Assembly (NCBI GenBank): GCA_000708835.1
Contig: DF237097.1
Coordinates: 107,221-171,220 of the forward strand
DNA: 64,000 nt
Direction: 5' to 3'
Source of the DNA: Klebsormidium nitens
Taxonomy: Eukaryota > Plantae > Klebsormidiophyceae
Position 1 is the stretch's first letter. Every line of letters starts with the position of its first letter. Under the pieces are notes generated by a model. It did not search any database. It was not told where the DNA came from and saw nothing but the letters and a program-made list of their open reading frames with translations. The translations under genes were made by a program, and so were the position numbers. Shown here piece after piece: positions 1 through 10,887 of this stretch.

Positions 1-127
1 AGACGACAGAACATTGACGAACTTCGATATTGAAGCGTCCTCTCCAAAATACCTTTCGTCCCCAAAACTTCTCTACGCAGTGTTTCTCAGTTAGTCATCA
101 TGTACTCATCATTGATGACCACAACAG

Positions 128-3100
128 GTATCTATGGCCCGCCACCTGGCCGCCCGGGGCTTTGACACGTGGGTCGCCGAGGTGCGCGGCAACGGCCTCA
201 CTAAGCGCGTGACTCCCGAGGGGGAGGTTGAGTCCGAAGTCCAGATTGAGCTCCAGAGTTTGGAGACGATCCTTCCGTCGCTGCGCAACTTCGGAGAGTC
301 GGAGTGGGCCAAGCGACTGAACGTAAACGTGCAGGTACGTCCGGGATTGCCAAGTATAGAGCGTTCTCTTCTTTGAGCAGGTCAAGGCTTCACGGCTTTG
401 CTTCGTTAAATTGACAGTCAGTGTCTTAATTGCTCGAGAGTGGAGCATCGCTTTGATTTCAGATGGCGACCTAGCGTGGATCATCGTCAGCTGTTATCGA
501 CTTCTCATCGGCTATCTCGGTCCGCAATTGACTCGCTCATGACTTGAATCCGAGTTGTCGCTTCCGAGATGCCTTTACTTCATGCGACCTTTAAGAGCTG
601 CTCCCCCTCCTCAAGTGCTAGCTGGAACGCATCCCCCGTTTCTGGCGTGTGGCTCCCGCGTAAGAAGTCGAAAGTTCGGGAGATGAAGTCAAATTACGTC
701 TGATTCTCAGGAGACGACTTCAAAGTACGTGCAATTCGCCATGCAGGACTACATCGACTACTTGGAAAAGCTGCTTCCCCTCCTCGAGCGCTACCTGGAG
801 CGCATTCCTCGTTTCTGGCTTGTGGCTCCCCGTAATAAGTCGAAAGTTCAGGAGATGAAGTCAAATTACGTGTGATTCTCAGGTGACGAATTCAAAGTAC
901 GTGCAATCCGCCATGCAGCACTCCATTCAACTACTTGGAAAAGCTGCCTTCCCTCCCCGAGCGCTACCTGGAGCGCGTCCGCCCAGATTACCAGTCAAAT
1001 CCTTACCAGTCAACGATCTGGACCCTAGAAGTCGAAAGCTCGCAGAGATTTCTGACGGTCTGGGTGCTTCTTACGCAGGACTACATCAATTACTTGGAGA
1101 AGCTGCTCCCGCTCCTCGAGCGCTACCTGGAGCGCATCAAGCCGTTCCTGACGCGCGGTTCGCGCGTCGTGGACCAGACCCGCAGCAGCGCGCGCGAGTT
1201 CCAGCGCCTTTTCGACTGGGACTTCGACAGCTTTCTGCTGGAAGACGTGCCGGCCGCTATGGAATTCGTGAAGGAGAAAACGGCGCCGAAGGACGGGAAG
1301 GTGCTGGCGATCGGGCACTCGATGGGGGGCATTCTGCTGTACTGCCTGCTGTCGACGAAGGGTGAGCGGAAATGGCTCCTAGGATTTATGTTTGTACGAA
1401 TTGGGACATCGTCTGTTGGTTCGAGAGACAACTGCATCTAGATTACGTTTGGTCATGCTCGTCGTTGACTGAGGCTGGACGCAGACGTGATAAGGAACGC
1501 GAGTCTGTGTAAGGTCCGTGATAATACCTCATCCTAAGATCCGCGAGCATTCTGTCGGATCTGCAATCAGAGCCTTGCATGTGCAAAAGACGACACAAAA
1601 GCCTCGCATGCGCAAATCCAGGGGGAACGGATTCATTCCTGCGACGAAAGGCAGGCTTGAATCTATCTGAGATGACTGTCTCAAAGCACCCTGGAACTGA
1701 TGTCACGTGACGTCGTCCGCTTGCAGGGAAGGAGGCGGGACTGAAAGCGGCAGTTACGCTGGCGTCAGCTCTTGACTATTCCCCGGGCAGCGTCCTCAAA
1801 CTCATTCTTCCCCTGGTAAGGCGACGGAATCCGTTTGTGACGTGACCCTGGCGTCGGAGCCTTTGGATGACGTCGACTCCGTTTTCAAGTCGCCTTATCA
1901 AAGCCGCTTTAGCTTCCACAATCGCCGCAGTTCTCGCCCCTGTTTCTGGTCCGTTCTACTGGCCATTCACACTCCCGCTTGACACTGGCTTCTTTGTCTT
2001 TCATTGCCGTGTTCCTTCGTCCCGCTTCCGTGTTTCGACAGCCACTAGCTTCGTTTCTCGCCAGAAGCGGAATTTCTTTGGCCTTGTCTCAATCTCGCGC
2101 GTCCAAAGAACATGTTCTTGCCAGTTCCCCCGGCACGCTAACAGCCCCTTGTGTCCTGGACAAGCTGCAAATAAGGTCTGCTTCTGTCCAAGCTTCAGGA
2201 TTTCGCATGAAGCCTGAGAATCAGAAACCTTTGTCTCATTCAGCAGAATGGTCGCATTCCTTTGCCGTGTCCCCAACGCAAGTGCCCCCCTCAAATACGG
2301 TATCCTATGCGCTCCTTTCAGCTTGTACATGTCGAGGCCAACTTTCTTTTCTTATCGGAACAAGCCTTGGCTTCTCTGACAGTGTCATTTCCGCAGGAGA
2401 TCCTGCCCTCCCGGTTGCAACTTACGGCCATTCTCCTCGGGATTAAACTCGGTCCAATCAGCCCAGTGATTCGACCAGCAGATTAACCACTCCCCTTATG
2501 CCGAATTGCTAACGCTCAAAAGTATTATTTCAATCTTAAGAACCTTCGGCGCGCTCAGTCTGCTATCGCAGGAAAGCCCTGCGTCCCGGTTGGAAGTCCC
2601 GCCTATCCCCAAAGGCAACGTATGTGCTCCGATCAGCCAAATGCTTTTGGCTCGCGGGCAAAGAACGCCTCGCCTGCCTGACGTGTTACAGCTTTACAGG
2701 GAACCCTTCGCGCATACCTTACCAACACGCTGGTTGGGCAGATTTTTGCCCAATAATTTACTATGTTCGTTTTGAAAATTGGGCAACTCATTTTGGAATC
2801 TTTAAGAATTTAAAATTTTTGGTATATAGTCAGAAAACCCTTTTCCCACCAGCCAAAAAAGATGGAAACTAATATATTGGAATCTTGCTTCATTTGCAAA
2901 TTGGGCAGAATGAAGAAAAGGGTAATGAAAGTAATGAAAATTTTGGGCAAACTCAAAATAGATTAATTGATGCCCAACCGCGTATTGGTATGGTACACCC
3001 TTGCCTACACCCTTGCAGGAGATTCCTGCATCCCGGTTGCAAGTCCCGGCCATCCCCCTCGGTATCATGATGCGCTCCATCCAACCGGTCGTCGCGTGGG

Positions 3101-5260
3101 CGCCCACCATGTGGCCGCTGACGTGGCTCTCGAAACACGTGTCAGCCAACGGGAGCATGGACCCCGCGCTGGTGGCCAAGGTCTACGGCATGAACTTTGG
3201 TGAGCGGGCTTTTGCTGCATTCGGTTCCTTCGGCAATTTCGCCAGCTTTAGATTCTCGAATAAGTACAGGTTGTGGGAGCATACTCTACGTTCTTTGGAA
3301 AAGGGTTTTACATAACACTTGATTTCATCTGAACGCACGAGCTGCCCCAATCGAATCGTCCATTGTCAGGGTACAAAGCTGGGCCGTCGAAGAGGAAAAG
3401 CCAAGCCATCGGCCGGTTCAGATCCTGTGATGAGCAAACATTCAAGCGGCCAGTTTCGCTGAAACCTGTGATAAATTTAGCTCCACTGGGTTTCAAATCG
3501 CATCATTGCAGACAAGCCTCCCCAAGTCACTCCCTTCGTGCATGTGTAAACACTGCGAAGGGAGTGTGGGAAGGCCGTGTCTAGGCTTTCTCACCGGATC
3601 ACTCCTGAGCTGCCAGCCGCCATTACGTACCTGTATTTGACAAATGATATAGCAGCCAGCGTGCCAATAATCGTTCATTCTTGACGTTCACAGGCACCGT
3701 CTCCGTAGAAGCGCTGCTGCAGCTCGCGGCAAAACTCCAGTCGGGCGCTAAGCTCGTGTTCCTTTCTCCATCAGGTTGCTCATAAGCTGTCAAGTTCGGA
3801 CATATACTTTCAGACCACACCCTTCAGCGTGACTAGCTTCGTTCCCATCGATTTTGACAGATACGGTCTCCGTGAAAGCCCCGCTGCAGGTTGTGACGGT
3901 GTTTCAGCCGTGCACTAAAGATTCTCTTGCTACTTGGATAGCCCGTAACGCGCCAATGCCAGACATATGCTGACAGACTATTCCCTCCAAAACAGCCAGA
4001 TCGCCGAAACCTGTTTGCTTCTGGCTTTCGCAGGAACCGTCTCCGTGAAAGCACTGCTGCAGCTCGCGACGGTGTTCCAGCCAGGGGGCCTGCAGAGCCG
4101 CGACGGTCAGATCAAGTACATGGAGCAACTCAAGACGACAGACGTGCCCATTCTGGCTGTTGCAGGGGACCAGGACACGATCTGCCCGCCGAACACAGTC
4201 CAAGGTGAGGATTTAGGCTTCAAGAATCGGGGGTTTATGGGTTTAAAGTTTGGGCTTTGGCGGCTTCCGGAGACGTACCGGTTGTTGTACAAGTTTGCGT
4301 GATAAAAACCGTGTCGCATGCGCTGTTGGATCAAGGTCGGGCAGATGAGGGCCGGGGTTTCTCAAAGGCCTCGGGACCGCGCTTTGCTTTTGTTGGATCG
4401 AATAGAGAATGACAAAGCCACCGGACTGACTGAGGCACTTGTATTTTGAGACTCTGATTCCCAACCCTCAATTGATTCTTATCTTACCTGACCCGCGGTC
4501 ATAGAGCAAAGCGTAGGAAACTGTAAGCACGCAACGTTCGCGCCTGCGGCTGCCACCGAAGGTGAGCGTCCTGAGAACTAGAACGGCGGGAGAAATTGAC
4601 GGGAGCTCGTCCGTCGCTGCAGCAACCGCGAAGGTGGTTCCGGAGAACCTGCTCGAGTACCACTGCTTTGGTGGTCACGACAATTCGCACTACGGCCACT
4701 ACGATCTGCTTGGCCACCGAAACGTGAGTAGTACCGCTCTTCCCCTAAACTTTTACGTACTTCTCGATTGAATGAACGATAAGCCCATTGACCATTTAGC
4801 TCTTGGGTTCCAAATATGATCCTATACTAGGGGAAGACGCCTTACCTATGTCAAAGCCATGTGGGTTAAAAGGGCCTTAAAAGGGGTTAAAAGCCCTTTT
4901 AACCCACCCGGCAGATAGTCTTACACTGTCGTTACATTTTGAAAAATCAGAGAAAAACCATTTCCTCTTCGGAGGTAAACACCATTTCCTCTTCGGAAGT
5001 GTCTGCCTTTGTTCTCGTCTGCCCCCGCTGTAGATTGCATAGGAAGGACTGAACTTATCGCCACTTCTAGTGGAGCCAGTCGGCTAGAAAGAGACCGACT
5101 GACTGTCCTCACAGAATTCCACTTATTCTCTTATGCATTTGTCCAGGCGCCGAAGGAGGTCTTCCCCGTCGTCTTCGACTTTTTGGAGGCGCACGACGCC
5201 CTCGAGAAGGAACCTGAGCCTGAGCCTGAGCCTGCTCGCCCACATGTAGGACAAAGGTAG
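128..5260 (+). CDS. Alpha/beta hydrolase family protein (plant At1g15060/At1g73750-like, PhaC-like fold); 5' end lies upstream of the window
   Basis: Spliced frame from exons 128-334, 1079-1361, 1727-1815, 3019-3199, 4034-4204, 4623-4723, 5147-5260; all GT-AG with consistent phases. Motifs: ARHLAARGFDTWVAEVRGNG, FDWDFDSFLLEDVPAAMEFV, nucleophile elbow GHSMGG, VPILAVAGDQDTICPP (Asp), HYGHYDLL (His). Confidence 0.88.
637..980 (+). repeat. Two decayed tandem copies (~175 bp unit) of intron end + start of hydrolase exon 1079
   Basis: catgcag|GACTACATCGACTACTTGGAAAAGCTGCTTCCCCTCCTCGAGCGCTACCTGGAGCGC at 747-808 and a more decayed copy at ~918-978, versus the real exon GACTACATCAATTACTTGGAGAAGCTGCTCCCGCTCCTCGAGCGCTACCTGGAGCGC at 1079. 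Confidence 0.9.
2391..2610 (+). repeat. Two decayed copies of acceptor + start of hydrolase exon 3019
   Basis: gcag|GAGATCCTGCCCTCCCGGTTGCAA (2397) and gcag|GAAAGCCCTGCGTCCCGGTTGGAAGTCCCG (2572) versus gcag|GAGATTCCTGCATCCCGGTTGCAAGTCCCG (3019). Confidence 0.85.
3691..3909 (+). repeat. Two decayed copies of acceptor + start of hydrolase exon 4034
   Basis: cag|GCACCGTCTCCGTAGAAGCGCTGCTGCAGCTCGCG (3694) and cag|ATACGGTCTCCGTGAAAGCCCCGCTGCAGGTTGTGACGGTGTTTCAGCC (3861) versus cag|GAACCGTCTCCGTGAAAGCACTGCTGCAGCTCGCGACGGTGTTCCAGCC (4034). Confidence 0.88.
4861..4907. repeat. Perfect 15-bp inverted repeat with 17-nt spacer (intronic hairpin)
   Basis: gtgggttaaaagggc ... gcccttttaacccac; the spacer contains a further ggggttaaaa unit. 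Confidence 0.85.
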
Positions 5261-6827
5261 CCCGGCGAGAGGAGGGTTGCACAATCTTCATCCTTAAAAC
5301 GGTTGTGGAAAGATAGGTAGGAGGCAGGATCGACCAGTTCGAGCCACATAGAGATACATTCGATCAGACGCTGCATAAAGAGGTGCACTTGTCAAGAACC
5401 GTGCATGAATTGTACAGGTAATCGCAGAATTTTAGAGGCTAGAAAGATATGTTATGCATGCAGTATGGACAGGATTTCAGCATCCATAAGCAGCCCATGG
5501 CTTGTCACCAAAACAGCTGATCCTTGCTGCATGCGCAGTAGTAGGTCTGTCAGCTCTGCAATTTCTTTTCTGTCTTTGTGCTACCTCTTCTTCGCAAAGT
5601 CTGAAGCCGCAGTACAAGGAGTTCGTAGGCTGTAAATTTCTACAAAGTGTCGACATGAAGTGAGCTACGCGTCTTGTAGACTCGGATTGCACTTATCATT
5701 TGCATGGGCCGAACAGGTCTTCTATTACGCGCGTCACTATGCGTGCATGCCATGAAGGGGTAGCTCCCTGACGGTTGCAAGCACGTTTACAACATGTTGC
5801 ACGGAGGATCTGCGGCTCTGGCCGTTACTGCTTAATGTACATGCCACAATAGGTCGATCACTGAACCTACTAGTAATGAAGCCATCATGATCATTTCCAT
5901 AGCATATAAAGGATTGGGGTATGGTACACGCGACCGGCGTACTAGTTGGAGTGCTTACGATATATAAGCGCCCATGGCAATCAACACTGGTGCGGCCGGT
6001 CTTTGGCGCAACAATTTGAAACGAAATCTCAGCTGTCGGAAGCTCAACCTGATGTCAATGATTGACTGCACCGTGCATCATGTTGCTCCGGTCGACGCCT
6101 GCCCTAATCCGGCCCACATTTTACAAGACTCTTGAGACCGCGCCTCACGCGCACGCCGGACTGACCCCAGGTTGGGCGGGGCATTGGCCCTGGCAGCAAA
6201 TCGAGTCGCTACCGGCAGCGCTGAAGCACTGCACAAACAAAGATAGAAAGCATGAGCATCTTCAACAATCCGGCTTATCAGGACCATCCTTCAGGAGGAC
6301 TTTGCGCTTTCAGGAGAATCCTCAGCACTCCATCCTTTGTACCGGCATGCAATCTCGAGCACCAGTGAAGCGTAACTGTTCTCCGCATGCAACTGCGATA
6401 CCAGCTGTCCACATGGAAGTCGTGGTTTCCGCGGTCCGTGACTTTCTGTTATCAAACGTCAATGTTAACCTCTGAGCGAGCTTTGCCGCTTTTACACAGG
6501 CAATGCGCCCGTTGAGAAAATCTCCCCCATGCACATGGGGTCTGTAGCTTTTTGCGTAGCAAATTCTTGCACTGGTGTTGAGAACTTCTATATATACTCC
6601 AATTCGGGACGGAAGGGCCCGGGCGGCTTTTTGGCTTCTATATGTATATCTTCAGATGACGGATGTGGAAAGGTCCAACTTTCGTGAAGCAGCCTCACTC
6701 ACAGCTGTTCATAAGGCTGTTCCCTGAAACAAGGGGAATTGTTGGAAAGCCCGGCTGAAAAGCCCAAGCGCCAGTCCCCATAATTAGACGACGCAACCCT
6801 CACACAAGGAGGCAAGCTCGTCCCTGG

Positions 6828-9800
6828 TCAATAGCTTACCTGGTTCGGGTTTGCGGAGTTTGGGTTACACGCGCCGTTGACCGGCGGAACCCCCACGTCC
6901 AGGAAGAGGTCAGGCAGAGTGAACTTGGGCAGTACGTAAAACCGAAGGTTGTATCCAATCGTGAACTCTCCGGTGAGCGGATTGGCGGCGATCGTGTTTT
7001 CGTGGGCGATTCCGGTGGCTCCGGTGTAGGCTCTGGTTCCGCCCACGATCGCGATGTCGTTGGGGGTCGACAGGAACTGGCCCTGGGAGGTTGGGAGAGC
7101 CAAGACGAAGTAGATACTCAACAACAGGATTGAGTCAAAAACAAAGTGGCAATCTTTTCTGGTAGGAGGGCCTAGGTGAAGCTCTGAAGAAGATTTGATC
7201 AAAGGATCAAACCTTGTACTACACCCAAAATCAAAGAATGGAAAGGTTACGAAGGACAGCGGTGAGTTGGTTGCCAGCCCCTGTGAGTTGCACGGCAGTC
7301 TTTTACGAAGGATCTTGAGCATGCAAGGGGTAGGCATGGCTGCGTAGAGTCGGTTGTAGAAGTCGTAAGGGGAGAGTGTCTCGAGGATGCTGATATATAT
7401 TCTGCTTCCGGAACTACCGCCCAAAGCCCCCCTAATCATTGCCTTTCAAAAAAGGGTGGCTTTTCGTCTTTTTTTGTTTGTGCGCACCAAGTCTATCCCC
7501 TTTCTCTCCCTTCCCTTTTCCTTCGAAAACGAATGAAAGAGTGGTTGCTCGATTCCCAATCATCCACCCCTTCAGTTGACTGTTCCTACACTCCCGAAAC
7601 GTCAACATGAGCCGTCGATCTTGGGAGCAAACATTCTCCAACTGCAAGTTCCAACACGGATGGTAAGAGAACGGGGATCCCCAGCCAGCAATCTGAAAAC
7701 CACCCTCGACTAAAACCCCTTCAAGTCCCCGCTTCAGACACAAATTTGCGTCGAAATGAAAAGTTACTCCTGAGGCTATAGCTGCGGCACAACGGACAGG
7801 TTTTGCGGACCCACCTGCAGCGCAATCGTTCCGTCCGCAAACACGAAGGTGAAGGAGCAGAAAAGCTCGTAGAAGCCTGTCGCCAGATTGAGCGCGGTCG
7901 TCTCTTCGCAGATGCCGATGCTCACGCCCACCTCCTCTCGGGTGTGGATGTCCTGGAGAATGTTCCTGCGTAAGCACTTCGTGATTCTTTGCGCTTGGTG
8001 TTCTTAACACTAGGGAGATCTTCAATGTGGGTTCAAGTTTGCTTTTGGCGGGGTGGGTTGTCTCGAGAATATTTCTGCGAGTCCACGAAAAGCAAGAACT
8101 TCGCAACCCCGAGCGCTCGGTAGTCTTTCCAAAACGGGTTCGGATTGCTTGAAGGTTTCCATTCGTGCCCGGTGTGTGATCCTCAAGAATGTTCCTGCGC
8201 AGCCGCCGAAACCATAGGCACTCCGCAACCTTTGAAGTACTTGCTTACGTGGCCGAGGAGAACGTGTGATTGGAGGTTTTCAAGTTTGTCTGGGCGGGAG
8301 AATCCTGAGAAATAAACCTGCAGCTCCGGAAAAATGACTGAGAGAGTTCTTAGACACGCAGGGTTTATTTTTGAGGTCTGCTGCCAAGGAAATTAGGTTT
8401 TCTATAAGCTGCTGTCGTGATTTATCTTGGGAGAATTGTCTGGCTTCGATATCGTCGAAGTGATGTACGACCTTGGAAACAGCAACTGTGGGTCGTCGAA
8501 TATTGATGCCAGTAGAAAAGAGAAAGCACTGAACTGTGGCTTGTAGATACGTAGAGGACATTTCTTTGGGTCCAAGGATTTTGATGCCCAACCGTAGTAA
8601 GCAGAAAACTTACACAGCTATTGTCAGGTATGAACACCCTTGCTTTTGTTGATAAAATGGATTTCTACGCAAAAGTTTTTATTACTCATGACGATCGGGC
8701 AGTCGCTCAAAAGGTCCTCTTCTAACGGAGAACAACGACGTGCTTTATTCCTCAATGGTCGTCTGCCAGCATCAAACAGCAACATCTACCTAGATAGGGG
8801 CGAAAGAAAGGTCGGACTCTGATGGGCCACAAGAATAGACTCGAGAGGCCCCAGAAATTCCTCAAGAAATCGCACCACAATTACTCATCATCAACTGGTC
8901 CTGAAGTCACAAGTTACAACCGTATTAAAAATCAGCGCCGCTCACCTGAAGTATGATTGGTCACCGAAGTTGAATCCCGGGACGACTTGCGTGGTGGCGT
9001 TCGAGAACTCCACCAGTTCTTTTCGGACCTCTGTGTAGTCCAAAGCGACTGCTGACGCATGCCCGATGCAGAGAAGCGCAGCAAACAGAAGCACTACCTG
9101 TTACAGCAACGAGAAGAGAGATCTCAGTATGGCACATGTCTGCATGGCTGGAGCTGTTTAGCTGAGAGAGTCGAATCTGATCTGTTCAAGAGTAAGCAGA
9201 GATTGCGTCATTGCCCTTTAGATGGACAAGAAGCGAGACTGTGCATGACTCAAAATAAACAGGTAACTACCAGCATCAACGATTAATGTGCAAACGGTCT
9301 TCGTAATCTAGGGATCTGGGAGCTGCTGAAGGTTGAAGACAACAATAAGTGATTGGGAACAGTGTGCCGGATCCTTATGGTGAGAGATCCTTATGGTGAG
9401 GCCGTGATATAGGTTGCAAAGCTCATGATGCCGGTTTTACAGATACATTCATATCGCGAGTATGAAGTTGAAGAAACTTCACAGAAGAAGCGGGTACAAA
9501 GGCATGTACTTTGCATCTGGCAGGGTTTTATCACTTGGCAGCAAAGATGCAGTGAATCATCTGGCGAGCATATGTACGCACTTACTCGATAAGACCTGCA
9601 CCTCAGACAAGCTGAACTTAGCGGTACAGTAGTTTCCAAAGGCCGCAAATGTTACTGTATAAGGCCTGCACCCATGCGCATCTTCCCTCACCTTTGAACC
9701 GATGGCCATATTATTGCCTGGAACTGTTCTGGTGCGGCGGCGTTGTGATACAAAGTTGGTTCCAAGGTTCTGGCCGCCAGTTGAGTCGTTCCAGAAGAAC

Positions 9801-9898
9801 CTGTTCTCAAACACCCTGCTGCTGAGCTGGCCGTAAAAAGGCAAGAAAATCTGGTCGTTCATATCAGCAGTCCAGAGACGTAGTTCCAGCGGCTCGGA
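6828..9898 (-). CDS. Dirigent/allene-oxide-cyclase barrel-like protein (copy 1); both ends uncertain
   Basis: Exons ~9028/9030-8946 (VRKELVEFSNATTQVVPGFNFGDQSYFR), 7965-7815 (NILQDIHTREEVGVSIGICEETT...FYELFCSFTFVFADGTIALQ) and 7082-6840/6828 (GQFLSTPNDIAIVGGTRAYTGATG...) splice in frame. Probable upstream exon ~9898-9692 (SEPLELRLWTADMNDQIFLPFY...GSK|gtgagg). A CAG|gtaagc donor at 6840 suggests a further 3' exon that was not found. The AIxGGTxxYxGAxG motif is typical of dirigent/AOC barrels. Confidence 0.62.
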
Positions 9899-10357
9899 CT
9901 AGATGATAAGTATTGAGTTGCTGGCGGCTCCAGTAATTTGAGAGCGTTCGCCTCACCGCTCTATCATTTGGTTAATTATTTTGAGTCGTTCAGATTCGTC
10001 CTTCAAACCTTGTCTGCCTGGAGTATAAGAGTTGCAGAGCTCTCACATCCTCAAAACCAAGTCTTGAGGAGTGGGCTTCCAATGTCACTGTTGCAAACAT
10101 TTCACCGAGCGCTTTTGTAGCTGCGTCTGAAATAAGCGGTAAAGCGGCATATACCTACTCGGCTGTGTATTGACAGCTGGCATCTTGGCATTGGACTCGA
10201 TTGTAAGGCTGTACGACAGGTGGCGTTTTTCCAGATCACTGGTCTCGATCATTCTTACGTCACATTTAGGTATGCGAGCTCAGGAGCAGGGCGGCTTTGA
10301 AAGCGGCTTTGCCTAGTAGGCCTGTCATCAAGGAGCCTCTGTAAGGTGTGCATTATA

Positions 10358-10397
10358 TGCTCCTGCTTTGTTGCCTGGCGGCAACAAAGCAGGAGCA
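10358..10397. repeat. Perfect 18-bp hairpin with 4-nt loop
   Basis: tgctcctgctttgttgcc-tggc-ggcaacaaagcaggagca, in the intergenic region upstream of RPL35A. Confidence 0.92.
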
Positions 10398-10887
10398 AAC
10401 GCCAGCGATCATTGGCGCAGTGCTGGAGAGCTATGAAATGACTAAATGGGTACCTAGTACTACTGCTGGTGGGACCAAGAATATGGGCACGGTGCTACGA
10501 TAGATAATTAGCAGTGACTGTGGTCAACCGCTGAACGAAGCTGCTCAGCCAGCGCATGGCATGCAGGCACTGGCAGGGCCTAGCAAGTTGCAACCGTATC
10601 TAGCCCGGGAGTGCCTACCGAGCCGACTCCGGACCGCTTGCCCAATCATGCAGCCCTAAATGTCCCGTACTTTTCGTGGCAGAGTAGACTGTGCGCGCGG
10701 CAAACTAGAAAGCGACTGTATCATCCGATCAGATCGACCGTTACCTCAGCGCACGCGCGGGATCGGCCGCGACGCACTGCTTTGCTCTGCAGATTCAAAG
10801 CAGGCTTGCTGTGCCTTTCCTTGCCCTCTTTCAGCTGCATCTCTAGAGACAAGGGCTTCCTGAGGCCGCCCATTAGTTGACGCTAAG

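Noticed and set aside
6062-6534. Possible final exon of AOC-like-1 or an independent ORF
   Set aside because: No frame gives a convincing continuation or a known motif; left unresolved.
10600-10887. Telo-box/site II motifs expected in a plant ribosomal-protein promoter
   Set aside because: Only partial matches (gccctaaa, gcccaa/gcccat); no exact AAACCCTA or TGGGCY.
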